Source: Syntrophales bacterium
GTDB taxonomy: Bacteria; Desulfobacterota; Syntrophia; Syntrophales; UBA2210
Assembly (NCBI GenBank): GCA_023228425.1
Contig: JALOBE010000006.1
Location: 16,974-80,973, forward strand
Reading direction: 5' to 3'
DNA length: 64,000 bases
Part shown: positions 39,945 to 50,866 of the stretch, piece after piece
Layout: each line of letters opens with the position of its first letter
Position numbering within the stretch: the stretch's first letter is position 1
Made by a program: the position numbers and the translations under genes
The notes under the pieces: generated by a model
What the model saw: the letters and a program-made list of their open reading frames with translations, nothing else
Told to the model about the DNA's origin: nothing
Databases searched by the model: none

Positions 39945-41729
39945 GTGACGATACAGGGATCGAAACGAACCATCGTGTTGAAGGGGCTCGGGGTGTCTCC
40001 GGGTATCGCGGACGGACGGGCGCACCTGTTGGACAATCACAGTACTATGCCCTTCGCGCATCGTGAGATATCCCATCCGGCCCTGATAGAGCGGGAGATC
40101 GGCCGTTTCAGGCAGGCCCTGGAGGATTCGGAACGGGAACTCGCCGCCATCAGGGAAAAACTCGAGACTATAGACGGTATCGGTCCGCTTATTCTGGAAG
40201 TTCACGCCATGATGCTCAAAGACGCGGGCCTGCGTGAACAGACAGCAGGTTTCATCAAAAAAAACGGGATCAACGCCGAATGGGCCCTGGAGATGACCCT
40301 GACCCGCTATCGCGGCATTTTCAACAGGATGGAAGATGAGTACCTGAAGGCACGCATTCGGGATATCGAAGACGTGGTACAGATGATTCTTCGTCATCTG
40401 TCGGGGGCCGGCAAGGAAACGATTGACGACATCGATGAGAAAACCATTATTGTAGCCCACGATCTCTCGCCGGCGGAGACAGTGCAGTTGAAGGTCAGAA
40501 AGATTCTTGCCTTTGCCACCGATGTGGGAGGCAAGACCTCTCATACGACCATCGTGGCACGCTCCCTCGGCATACCCGCCGTCGTGGGGCTTGAACACAT
40601 AACCCGCGAAGTCCGCAACGACGATATTCTGGTTGTTGACGGCACGTCCGGCGTGGTGATTATCAATCCCGACCAGGAGACACTGAAGCGCTATGAAGAC
40701 AAGAAACTTCATTACCGCCTCCTGGAGGAGACCTACCTCAAGGAGGCGCGCCTGCCCGCCGTGACCCGGGACAACCTCAGGATTGGCGTTGGCGCAAATC
40801 TTGAATTTATTGAGGAAATTCCATCAGCAGTGCATCACGGCGCCAATGGTGTCGGCCTGTTCCGCACTGAATTTTTTTACATCAACAGGGAGCAGCCTCC
40901 CACAGAGGAGGAGCATTTCAATCATTACCGGCCCCTCATTGAAAATGAGCACCTGAAATGGGCCACCATACGAACCTTTGACTTGGGAGGAGACAAATTT
41001 ATATCCGACCCGTGCCTCGCCGAGGAAATGAATCCTGCCATGGGGCTTCGGGCCGTCCGATATTGCCTGCAGGAACCGGAGTTTTTTGAAGTACAGATCC
41101 GGGGAATCCTTCGGGCCAGCGCCTTCGGAAACACGGGAATCATGATTCCGATGATTTCAGGCGTTGAGGAAATCAGGAGGGTGAAAACAATAATCGAGAG
41201 GGTGAAGGAAGGACTTCGCACCGAGGGAATCCCCTTCAATGAGGGCATAAAGCTGGGGATTATGATCGAAGTTCCCTCGGCGGCAATGATGGCAGGAGCC
41301 CTTGCCCGGGAAGTTGATTTTTTCAGTATCGGTACCAACGATCTTATTCAGTATTCCCTGGCCATCGACCGTGTCAACGAAAATGTGGGATACCTCTACA
41401 AGCCTTGTCATCCGGCGGTGTTGCAGCTTATCAGACATATCGTCACCGCCGGTCATCAGGCCGGAATCAAGGTGGCCATGTGCGGTGAAATGGCGGGAGA
41501 TCCCTTCTGCACCATGCTCCTGCTGGGGCTTGAACTTGACGGCCTGAGCATGACACCCCTGGCCATTCCCAGGGTGAAAGGAATCATTCGGGAATCGACC
41601 TTCAAGGAATCGAAGGAGCTGCTCCGGAGGGTTCTCGCCTTTGACCAGGCCGACGAAATCGAAGAATATGTCAGGGAATACATGGTTCAACGATTTCCTG
41701 AGTACTGTGTTGACGATCACGCTGATTGA
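39945..41729 (+). CDS. ptsI: phosphoenolpyruvate--protein phosphotransferase (Enzyme I)
   Basis: 594 aa. It has 'GGKTSHTTIVARSLGIPAVVG' (phospho-His), 'FRTEFFY' and 'FFSIGTNDLIQY'. The GTG start immediately follows the ptsH stop. Confidence 0.95.
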   Translation: MTIQGSKRTIVLKGLGVSPGIADGRAHLLDNHSTMPFAHREISHPALIEREIGRFRQALEDSERELAAIREKLETIDGIGPLILEVHAMMLKDAGLREQTAGFIKKNGINAEWALEMTLTRYRGIFNRMEDEYLKARIRDIEDVVQMILRHLSGAGKETIDDIDEKTIIVAHDLSPAETVQLKVRKILAFATDVGGKTSHTTIVARSLGIPAVVGLEHITREVRNDDILVVDGTSGVVIINPDQETLKRYEDKKLHYRLLEETYLKEARLPAVTRDNLRIGVGANLEFIEEIPSAVHHGANGVGLFRTEFFYINREQPPTEEEHFNHYRPLIENEHLKWATIRTFDLGGDKFISDPCLAEEMNPAMGLRAVRYCLQEPEFFEVQIRGILRASAFGNTGIMIPMISGVEEIRRVKTIIERVKEGLRTEGIPFNEGIKLGIMIEVPSAAMMAGALAREVDFFSIGTNDLIQYSLAIDRVNENVGYLYKPCHPAVLQLIRHIVTAGHQAGIKVAMCGEMAGDPFCTMLLLGLELDGLSMTPLAIPRVKGIIRESTFKESKELLRRVLAFDQADEIEEYVREYMVQRFPEYCVDDHAD

Positions 41730-41773
41730 CGGGATGATCCCATGGCTGCCGTAAAACCTTCCGATCACCCCTT

Positions 41774-44491
41774 GTGGTCCGTACCAACAACGAGGAGCCG
41801 ACAGTGCTCGAAAAACTGACGCATCGTATAGAACGAGGGGATTATCCCTCCCGGAAGCTGCTGTCACGCCTGTACCGGTGGATCAGCCGGGCCGGTGAGC
41901 ATTACGAGGGGGAACTCTCCGCTCCGACCCGGTATCCGTTCTTCTGGATCCTGGACCGAATGCTGTCACGGGTTACCATAGCGCAGGAGGATGTTGAAAC
42001 CCTGAAGGACCTTTCGACACGGGGTATCGTCGTATACAGTCTTAAAAACCGCAGCCAGCTCAACTGCCTTATCATACGCAGCCTGCTTGCCGGGAACGAT
42101 ATCGATCCACCGGCCTACTGCCACGGAACCGGCATGCTCCTCTGGCAACCGTACCGAAAGGCGATCAGAACACTGGTCTCGAGAATTATCAACAATCCTT
42201 ACAGGAACAAGTACCTCAAGCGGATCACCACTGAGGGGAAAAGCAGCCTCATCTATGTCCGGGGTTCCGCCCATGTCAGCAGCCCCTACCCGAAAGACCC
42301 CCTTCTTCAGCTTATCGAAGCCCAGCCTGAGATGACCGCGCCTGTTTTTCTCGTTCCCCAACTCGTCGTTTACGGCAGGAGAAGGGAGCGGGAAGTGCGA
42401 AGTTTCATGGAGATTCTCTTCGGACCTTCCGACAACCCCGGTCCTGTCCGCCGGTCCGTCCTGTTCTTCCGATTCTCCCGGAAAGCCGCCGTTATTTCCT
42501 GCAAACCCATCGACCTTCAACAATTTATGGCAGAGAACAGAAACGCGTCGCCGGGAATCCTGTCGAACCTGCTCCGGCAGGAAATTACTTCCAGGATCAA
42601 TGCCGAACGGCGCTCAATATTGGGCCCTCTGCTTAAATCACGTGATGAAATCGTCGGCCAGGTTCTCAGGGATGTAGAGATGGTTCGAGTCATGCAGGAA
42701 ATCGCCGAGGAGGAAGGCAGTGAACTGCAGGATGTGGTGCGGAAAGCCTCCCGTTACCTGCATGAAATAGCCGCCGACTATCGCGACAGTTATATCGCCG
42801 TCCTCGACCGGATCCTTACCTGGGTTTGGAACAACATCTATGACGGTGTCGTTATCGACCGGGAGGGTCTCGCAAAAATACGTGAAATATCAAAAAAAAT
42901 GCCCTTTGTCATTGTTCCCTGCCACCGCAGCCACATCGACTACCTCCTGATTCACTACATATTTTATTACAACAATATTCAGCTTCCCTTCATCGCCGCC
43001 GGGAACAACCTCCTGGTATGGCCTATCGGACATATCTTCAGACGGTCGGGTGCTTTTTTCCTGAGAAGGACCTTCGCGGGGAACAGGCTCTACGCACAGG
43101 TTTTTGAAAAGTACATCAAAGTGCTTCTGCAGGAAGGTCATCCCCTCGAGTTCTTCATTGAAGGGGGCCGGAGCCGGACAGGCAAGATGGTCATGCCCAA
43201 GTACGGCCTTCTTTCCATGGTAATCCAGGCATACCGCGAAAAGGCCTGTGATGATATCGCCATCATTCCCGTGTACATAGGATATGACAAGGTCATAGAA
43301 GAAAAATCCTACCTGCAGGAATTGGGCGGCGGAGTCAAGAAGAAGGAATCCACGGCGGGCATCGTCAAGTCGAGCCGTGTGCTCAAGAAACGCTACGGCC
43401 GGGTGTACCTCAACATCGGCGAACCGATACAGATCAAGGAATACCTGGACCGGGCCGATCCATCCATAGAGGAGCGGACCACCGAGGAACGGCAAAGCCT
43501 GTACCGGAAAATGGGCTACGAGATCGCCCACAGGATCAACGACGTATCCGTGGTGACGCCCTTCGCTCTGGTGGCGGCGGCACTGCTCGGGCACTACCGG
43601 CGGGGCATCGCCCACGACGATCTCAGAAGCATCATTGACGAGTTGCATGACTACCTCGAGCATCGGAAGGTCTGCTTTTCCTCGACCTTCGCTGGAATCG
43701 ATTATGCCATAACCGAAGCCCTCAACTTCTTTGAATCATCGGGGAACATATCGAAGATGGGCATCGATGAGGATGACGAGCCCGACGAGGAATTCGCCGA
43801 GATCATTTATTCTGTTGAAAGTGGTCGCCGTATGGGGCTTGAGTATTACAAGAACACCATACTGCACTTTTTCCTGCCCATTTCATTTGTGGCCGCCTCG
43901 ATCCTTTCCAGTGACGAGGATACCATTCTCCTCTCCCGGGTCATGGAGGACTACCGGTTTCTGAAAAGGCTGTTCTGGAATGAATTCATATTCGATGACG
44001 AAAGCGACGACCTCGAAGAAATACGGGAAACCCTGCTGTACCTTGCCGATCGCGGCATGGTCGCCCGGGATCATTTCTTCGATGAAACATCGCGTCTGAT
44101 CATCACGGGCAGGGGCAGAATCAGCCTCGCGCCCTTCGCGGGCCTGATACAGAACTATATAGAATCCTATTGGATCGTTCTCCGGGGAAGTTCGTACCTG
44201 AAAAACAAGGAGCGGAGTGACCGCGATCTTCTCAGGAAAACCCACAAACTGGGAATGAAGATGTATAAAAAGGGAGAGATCGCCCGGGAGGAAGCCCTCT
44301 CACCGCCGAATTACCAGGGGGCCCTCCGTTTCCTCAACGATGCCGGAGTCGTCACCGTTTCCTCGGGAAGTGTCGAGGGAGGCCGAAAGCGGGAGAAAAA
44401 AAGGGAAACAAAAACAGTTGTCCTCAACGAAGACCGGAGCCGGCTCGAGACGATCCGGCAGAAACTGTTCAAGTTCGTATCCCCCCGCTGA
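41774..44491 (+). CDS. plsB: glycerol-3-phosphate acyltransferase, PlsB type
   Basis: 905 aa. It has the HX4D motif 'PCHRSHIDYLL' and 'FFIEGGRSRTGK'. An alternative GTG start at 41804 has GAGGAG 6 nt upstream. Confidence 0.8.
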   Translation: MVRTNNEEPTVLEKLTHRIERGDYPSRKLLSRLYRWISRAGEHYEGELSAPTRYPFFWILDRMLSRVTIAQEDVETLKDLSTRGIVVYSLKNRSQLNCLIIRSLLAGNDIDPPAYCHGTGMLLWQPYRKAIRTLVSRIINNPYRNKYLKRITTEGKSSLIYVRGSAHVSSPYPKDPLLQLIEAQPEMTAPVFLVPQLVVYGRRREREVRSFMEILFGPSDNPGPVRRSVLFFRFSRKAAVISCKPIDLQQFMAENRNASPGILSNLLRQEITSRINAERRSILGPLLKSRDEIVGQVLRDVEMVRVMQEIAEEEGSELQDVVRKASRYLHEIAADYRDSYIAVLDRILTWVWNNIYDGVVIDREGLAKIREISKKMPFVIVPCHRSHIDYLLIHYIFYYNNIQLPFIAAGNNLLVWPIGHIFRRSGAFFLRRTFAGNRLYAQVFEKYIKVLLQEGHPLEFFIEGGRSRTGKMVMPKYGLLSMVIQAYREKACDDIAIIPVYIGYDKVIEEKSYLQELGGGVKKKESTAGIVKSSRVLKKRYGRVYLNIGEPIQIKEYLDRADPSIEERTTEERQSLYRKMGYEIAHRINDVSVVTPFALVAAALLGHYRRGIAHDDLRSIIDELHDYLEHRKVCFSSTFAGIDYAITEALNFFESSGNISKMGIDEDDEPDEEFAEIIYSVESGRRMGLEYYKNTILHFFLPISFVAASILSSDEDTILLSRVMEDYRFLKRLFWNEFIFDDESDDLEEIRETLLYLADRGMVARDHFFDETSRLIITGRGRISLAPFAGLIQNYIESYWIVLRGSSYLKNKERSDRDLLRKTHKLGMKMYKKGEIAREEALSPPNYQGALRFLNDAGVVTVSSGSVEGGRKREKKRETKTVVLNEDRSRLETIRQKLFKFVSPR

Positions 44492-44544
44492 AATACCGGC
44501 GCGGCGGGAGCGATACGCGTTTTCCCCCCCTTCCAGGCCCCGCG

Positions 44545-45879
<1,335 letters not shown>

Positions 45880-46111
45880 CTATTTCAAGAAAAGACGACT
45901 CCCTGACAAGGCAGGATGTCTGGTTGGAGCGCATCACCCGTCACCGAGACGCGCCCCGTGTGCGCCTCTTTCTCCGGGACCCGTTTACAAAGCCGTCCCG
46001 CATCGGACGTTTTTCGGCTTTGTACGGGGTCGTCAGGATTGTCATGCGATCCTTTGGAACGGGCAACCGACGAAGTGGCCATTGACCTCGTCGCGGTCTT
46101 CAGTACGTGCC

Positions 46112-46423
46112 CTAGTACGTGCCCTTCATATGGACGAGAATATCCCGGACGACGCTGTCGATCTTTCCGGAAGCGATTTTTTTGAGCTTCGCTGCCCGAA
46201 GCTCGGCTTCTTCCATGTTCTTGCGCGCTTCGTCCTCGGCCTGGGCGACAATCTCTTTTTCCTGGTCGGCAACGTCCTCCAGGGACAGTTCGACGGAAAT
46301 AATTTCCCGGGCTTTCGTCCGGGCGGCATCGATCGCCTTCTGCGCCTCGGCCCTGGCCTCATGTATGATTTTTTCCGCTTCAGCCTCGATGTCCCTGATA
46401 CTTGTATAGGTGTCCGCGGTCAT
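46112..46423 (-). CDS. small coiled-coil protein, candidate A/V-ATPase peripheral-stalk subunit (G/H-like)
   Basis: 103 aa. Charged heptad-like 'IRDIEAEAEKIIHEARAEAQKAIDAARTKAREII' resembles archaeal AhaH / V-type subunit G. It is the last gene of the ATPase operon. AAGGAGAG lies upstream of the ATG. Confidence 0.5.
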   Translation of the reverse strand: MTADTYTSIRDIEAEAEKIIHEARAEAQKAIDAARTKAREIISVELSLEDVADQEKEIVAQAEDEARKNMEEAELRAAKLKKIASGKIDSVVRDILVHMKGTY

Positions 46424-46456
46424 AGGCTACTCTCCTTACTGTATTTGAATTGTCCA

Positions 46457-46500
46457 CTGTTCTCCCTGTCGTCCCCCGACACGGCGGACAGGGAGAACAG
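46457..46500 (-). repeat. perfect 14-bp inverted repeat (stem-loop) inside the ATPase operon
   Basis: CTGTTCTCCCTGTC (46457-46470) pairs with GACAGGGAGAACAG (46487-46500) around a 16-nt loop. It lies between the DUF61-like gene stop and the G/H-like gene RBS. No U-tract follows on the - strand. Confidence 0.7.
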
Positions 46501-46521
46501 GACGCTCACGGTCTGTTCCTT

Positions 46522-46950
46522 TCAGGGTATGAAAACATACTGGGTGCAGGTCTTCAAGATCGTGCGTATCCGCCCCAACTGGGCTTTGAAGATCAAGACC
46601 CTGCCCCCGGTGAGGGACAGTTTCATGCCGAGAATGTTCGACAACACCCTGGCTTCAATTCCCTTCGGCGAAGGGATGGCCATCGCGCTCTCCCCGGACG
46701 ACACCTCGATAATCATGGGCAGCATCAGATCATTCGATTCTTCCCGGTCAAGCATGCCCGCGAGGAGGGCCAGCTCTTTTTTTTTGAAGAAATGGGCGCT
46801 TCCGTCACCGCACATAATGTGGGGCGGTTTTTCTTCAAGCAGATCCGCCAGGCTTTTGCGACGCCGCGGTACATGGGCGTTGATGGCCCTGAACTCATCA
46901 AAGAGATATCGTTCCGCCGGCGTTTCACGCATCCTGTCATCAGTAAGCAT
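46522..46950 (-). CDS. DUF61/UPF0216-like protein (archaeal-type family) encoded within the ATPase operon
   Basis: 142 aa. 'INAHVPRRRKSLADLLEEKPPHIMCGDGSAHFFKKKELALLAGML...LMLPMIIEV...KTCTQYVF' follows the UPF0216 pattern as recalled from archaeal members. Its start overlaps the subunit D stop by 11 nt. Confidence 0.55.
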   Translation of the reverse strand: MLTDDRMRETPAERYLFDEFRAINAHVPRRRKSLADLLEEKPPHIMCGDGSAHFFKKKELALLAGMLDREESNDLMLPMIIEVSSGESAMAIPSPKGIEARVLSNILGMKLSLTGGRVLIFKAQLGRIRTILKTCTQYVFIP

Positions 46951-47590
46951 GGGCTTCTTTGCGCTCCAAAAGCTGCTTCACATACTTGAGCCGGGCCGTT
47001 TCCTCACGATCCCGCTCCTCGAATTTCATGTTCAGGTAGCGAATTGTCACGTCAAGTGCCGGAATAACGATAAATTCCAAAGCATTGTTGACCCGCTTCA
47101 CTTTGTTTATTTCCGTACCCAGGAGATCCAGTGAGTTCTGGAGTTCCGTCAGTTGTATGATCGTTTCAAGGCACTTCCGCGACTGTTCTATGCTGCTGTC
47201 AAGAACTGCCGATCCGTCGATACGGTTCCGAATCCTCTCCGTTCCTCCCTCGCCTCTTTCGATCTCGAAAAAGGGCAGCTTGACCCCCGCCACGTTCCTG
47301 GTTCCCGCGCTGACGGTGAAGGGCATCGCCGTAAGGGCCATTTCCTTCTCCAGGGGAACCTTTCCATGATAGCCCGACGCGATGGAGTAGGCCTTGTAGG
47401 CCTCGGCAAATTCCGCGAGGAGCTGCTCCCGGACGGCGGCGCATTCCTTGACCGTCTGCAGAAATTCCATGATCAGGAGGGAAAGCCGGTCCTTCACGAT
47501 TTTCTGAATACGCTTTGCAAGCCTCTGCCGCCGCTTCAGGCGGGCCAGCTCCATCTTTGTCGGTCGCGTTACCTGTATCTTGACAGCCAT
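46940..47590 (-). CDS. atpD: V/A-type ATP synthase subunit D
   Basis: 216 aa. It starts 'VTRPTKMELARLKRRQRLAKRI' and is coiled-coil. It follows subunit B. Confidence 0.9.
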   Translation of the reverse strand: MAVKIQVTRPTKMELARLKRRQRLAKRIQKIVKDRLSLLIMEFLQTVKECAAVREQLLAEFAEAYKAYSIASGYHGKVPLEKEMALTAMPFTVSAGTRNVAGVKLPFFEIERGEGGTERIRNRIDGSAVLDSSIEQSRKCLETIIQLTELQNSLDLLGTEINKVKRVNNALEFIVIPALDVTIRYLNMKFEERDREETARLKYVKQLLERKEAHAY

Positions 47591-47630
47591 AAACCGTTGT
47601 TCCGCCTTTCACCATATCCCCGCCGGGAGG

Positions 47631-49028
47631 TCATCCCTTCTTCGGCAGGTACCGGTCAATGTACTCCTGCCGGATGAGCTTCAGATCCTCAACAGGCAGC
47701 ACGGAAAAGAGATTCCAGCCGATCCCCAGGGTCTCCTCTACGGAGCGCCGTTCGAACTCTCCCTGGGAAATGAACTCCTTTTCGAAGCGTTCTGATACTT
47801 CGAGATAGGTCTTGTCCCGGTCGCTCAGGGCTTCTGAGCCGATCACTGTGGATATTTCACGAAGATAGTTGCCTTCGGCGTACATGGCGTAGGACTGCAT
47901 GAAGACATTGTTGTGGTCCTCCCGAGTGTTCCCTTCGCCGATGCCTTCCTTCATCATTCTCGAGAGGGAGAGGAAGACGTCGATGGGCGGATATATGCGT
48001 TTCCGCTCCAGTGCCCTGGAGAGAACGATCTGGCCTTCGGTGATGTAGCCCGTCAGATCGGCGATGGGGTGGGTGATGTCATCATCGGGCATGGTCAGTA
48101 TGGGAAGAATGGTAACCGAACCCTCTTTCCCCTCGATTCGGCCCGCCCGCTCATAGAGTGACGCCAGGTCGGTGTACATGTATCCGGGATATCCACGCCT
48201 GCTCGGTATCTCGCCGCGCATGGCCGCCAGTTCCCGCAGGGCGTCACAGTAGTTGGTGATGTCCGTCAGGATGACCAGGACGTGCATGTTCCGCTCCCAG
48301 GCAAGGTACTCGGCCGCCGTCAGCGCCAGTCGAGGGGTTGAAAGCCGCTCGATGACCGGTGACGACGCGGTATTGATGAAAGCCACGGCACGGCTCAAGG
48401 CACCTGTTTCTTCGAGATTGGAAATGAAGTAGCCCGCGTCATCGTAGCTGACACCGATGGCCCCGAAGACAATAGCGAACTCCTCCGCCTTGCCCTTCAG
48501 GGACGCCTGCCGCAGAATCTGTGCCGCAATCTTGTTGTGGGGAAGGCCCGAACCGCTGAAAATGGGCAGCTTCTGCCCTCTGACCAGAACGTTCAGGCCG
48601 TCCATGGCAGAAATACCTGTTTCGATGAATTCAGCGGGCGGGATGCGGGACGCCGGGTTGGCGGGTATGCCGTTGATATCCAGATAGGCGTCGGAAACGA
48701 TGGGGGGGCCGCCGTCTATGGGGTTTCCGCTGCCGTCGAAGATCCTCCCCAGAATGTCCGGGGAAACGGGCAGTTTCAGGGTCTCGCCCTTGTAGATGAC
48801 CTTGCTTTCAAGAAGGTCGACCTCGCTGACGCCTCCGAAAACCTGGACGACGGTCGTTTCCTTTCCGACTTCGATAACCTGGCCCGTCCTCAACTCGCCG
48901 TTGCCGAGCTGAACGTCAACCACCTCGTCATACCGAATCCCCGGAATACTCTCGATTACCAGGAGTGACCGCCGAGCCACGGCGATTGCCTTTGTTTGTC
49001 GAGTAAAGAGTTGCGGAGCCTCCATCAC
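47631..49028 (-). CDS. atpB: V/A-type ATP synthase subunit B
   Basis: 465 aa. It has 'RGQKLPIFSGSGLPHN', 'PGRRGYPGYMYTDLA' and 'SITILPILTMP'. Confidence 0.95.
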   Translation of the reverse strand: MMEAPQLFTRQTKAIAVARRSLLVIESIPGIRYDEVVDVQLGNGELRTGQVIEVGKETTVVQVFGGVSEVDLLESKVIYKGETLKLPVSPDILGRIFDGSGNPIDGGPPIVSDAYLDINGIPANPASRIPPAEFIETGISAMDGLNVLVRGQKLPIFSGSGLPHNKIAAQILRQASLKGKAEEFAIVFGAIGVSYDDAGYFISNLEETGALSRAVAFINTASSPVIERLSTPRLALTAAEYLAWERNMHVLVILTDITNYCDALRELAAMRGEIPSRRGYPGYMYTDLASLYERAGRIEGKEGSVTILPILTMPDDDITHPIADLTGYITEGQIVLSRALERKRIYPPIDVFLSLSRMMKEGIGEGNTREDHNNVFMQSYAMYAEGNYLREISTVIGSEALSDRDKTYLEVSERFEKEFISQGEFERRSVEETLGIGWNLFSVLPVEDLKLIRQEYIDRYLPKKG

Positions 49029-50785
49029 GTGCCTCCTCCTTCTTGATAGCCGGTGCTTCTGCTTTTTTCGATATCCGACAGAAGCTCTTCGACGTACCGG
49101 TCGAAATCCTCTCCGGGAATATCTTTCATGCGGGATATCCGCTGCCTCACGTTAAGAGCCGCTATTTCGCCGACGAGCGTGCCCGATTCAACCATCTCCC
49201 TGCTCATGTCATAGAACTTGATGATGGCGTTGATCATCCTGTGCGTTCGTTCCGGTTCGGTGTAGGTGTCCACGGGGTGGAAGGCGCTCTGCATCAGGAA
49301 GTCTTCCCGAATCATTCGAGCCGCCAGGAGCAGCAGCTTGTCGTCTTCGGGCAAGGCTTCCGGTCCCACGAGTCGCACGATTTCTTCGAGATCGGCCTCC
49401 TTCTGGAGGGTGGTCAGTGTCTTGTTCCTCACGTCGTTGTATTCGTCACTGATTCTGTTCCACCACAGGTCCACGGAATCGGCATACAGGCTGTAGCTCT
49501 GGAGCCAGTTGATCGTGGGGAAGTGTCGCTTGTTGGCCAGCGCGACGTCGAGCGAATACAAAGCATCGATTATTCTCAACGTGGCCTGGGTAACGGGTTC
49601 ACTGAAGTCCGCTCCGGGAGGGCTCACGGAACCGATGACCGTGGCCGATCCCATACGTTCCGGGCTTCCTACGCACTCAACCCGTCCTGAACGTTCGTAG
49701 AACATGGACAGCCGCGATCCGAGGTAGGTGGGAAAACCCTCCTCGCCGGGCGTTTCCTCCAGTCTGGCGCCGATCTCCCGCATGGCCTCCGCCCAGCGGG
49801 ACGTTGAATCAGCCACGAGAAGAACATCATAACCCATGTCCCGGAAGTATTCAGCCATGGTGATGCCGATGAAAATACTGATTTCGCGGGCGACAACGGG
49901 CATGTTCGACGTGTTGGCCACGAATATTTCCTTTTCCTGGAGCATCCTCCCCGTTGCGGGGTCCTTCAGCTGCTTAAAGCTGTGGAGAACATCGGCCATC
50001 TCGTTCCCCCGCTCACCGCAGCCAACGTAGATATTAAGATGCGTCTGGGACCACCGGGCCATCTGCTGAAGATTGACCGTTTTCCCCGTGCCGAATCCTC
50101 CCGGAATTGCCGCCTTTCCACCCAGGGCAAGAGGGAAGAGATAGTCGATGATTCTCGTGCCCGTCACCAGGAGATCGATGGGATCGAAACGACGCTTGTA
50201 AACGCGGGGCTTCCGGGCGGGCCAACGCTGCACCATGGTCAGCTCCCGACGGTCTCCGTTGTTTTCCAGGACCGCGATGGTATCTTCTATGGTGAAGTGC
50301 CCTTCTTTAATTTCCCTGATAGTACCCTCAAGACCTATGGGAATCATGATTTTGTGCTCTATGAGGCCTGTTTCCGGAACGCTTCCGATGATATCACCCT
50401 CCCGCACGGTATCACCGGCCTTGACGGTGGGAGTGAAGTGCCATTTTTTGTCTCTGTCAAGGGGGGGGGTACGGGTTCCCCGGACAATGAAATCTCCGAT
50501 TTCATCCTGCATGGTCACCAGCGACCGCTGGACCCCGTCATAGATATTCCCCACCATGCCGGGGCCGAGCTCGACCATGAGTATTTCCTGCGTTCCCGTG
50601 ACCGGTTCGCCTACGCGCAGTCCTGCCGTGTCTTCATACACCTGGATGACGGCCTTGTCCCCTTCGAGTCCGATAATCTCTCCGGTAAGACGGTCGTCGC
50701 CCACGTCGACCACCTCGTAGACCTGTGAACCGCGCATGTCTTCGGCAATTACGACCGGTCCTGAAATTCTCCAGATTTTCCCCAT
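49025..50785 (-). CDS. atpA: V/A-type ATP synthase catalytic subunit A
   Basis: 586 aa. It has the P-loop 'PGGFGTGKT', the non-homologous insert region, 'GCGERGNEM' and 'ADSTSRWAEA'. Confidence 0.95.
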   Translation of the reverse strand: MGKIWRISGPVVIAEDMRGSQVYEVVDVGDDRLTGEIIGLEGDKAVIQVYEDTAGLRVGEPVTGTQEILMVELGPGMVGNIYDGVQRSLVTMQDEIGDFIVRGTRTPPLDRDKKWHFTPTVKAGDTVREGDIIGSVPETGLIEHKIMIPIGLEGTIREIKEGHFTIEDTIAVLENNGDRRELTMVQRWPARKPRVYKRRFDPIDLLVTGTRIIDYLFPLALGGKAAIPGGFGTGKTVNLQQMARWSQTHLNIYVGCGERGNEMADVLHSFKQLKDPATGRMLQEKEIFVANTSNMPVVAREISIFIGITMAEYFRDMGYDVLLVADSTSRWAEAMREIGARLEETPGEEGFPTYLGSRLSMFYERSGRVECVGSPERMGSATVIGSVSPPGADFSEPVTQATLRIIDALYSLDVALANKRHFPTINWLQSYSLYADSVDLWWNRISDEYNDVRNKTLTTLQKEADLEEIVRLVGPEALPEDDKLLLLAARMIREDFLMQSAFHPVDTYTEPERTHRMINAIIKFYDMSREMVESGTLVGEIAALNVRQRISRMKDIPGEDFDRYVEELLSDIEKSRSTGYQEGGGT

Positions 50786-50866
50786 TTGTCTCGCCTCACT
50801 TTGTTGTTTTACTGTTACCGGATTATCGAGCCCGGTACCGGTTCATGACTGTCCAGCCTGGGGGTT

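Noticed and set aside
39633-40712. 359-aa ORF on the minus strand
   Set aside because: It is antisense to ptsH and ptsI. It is a shadow ORF.
45970-46033. Imperfect long inverted repeat CCCGTTTACAAAGCCG...CGGCTTTGTACGGGG, with an inner CGTCC/GGACG hairpin followed by TTTTT on the plus strand
   Set aside because: The T-tract is on the strand with no upstream gene, and on the transcribed (minus) strand there is no U-tract. It may contribute to 3'-end formation of the ATPase operon or to eno promoter structure, but it cannot be supported from sequence alone.
46102-46125. Exact 12-nt tandem duplication AGTACGTGCCCT x2 spanning the stop of the G/H-like gene, giving '...KGTY*GTY*' on the coding strand
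   Set aside because: It is real in the sequence, but it looks like a simple slippage duplication that carries its own stop codon. No functional consequence could be argued.
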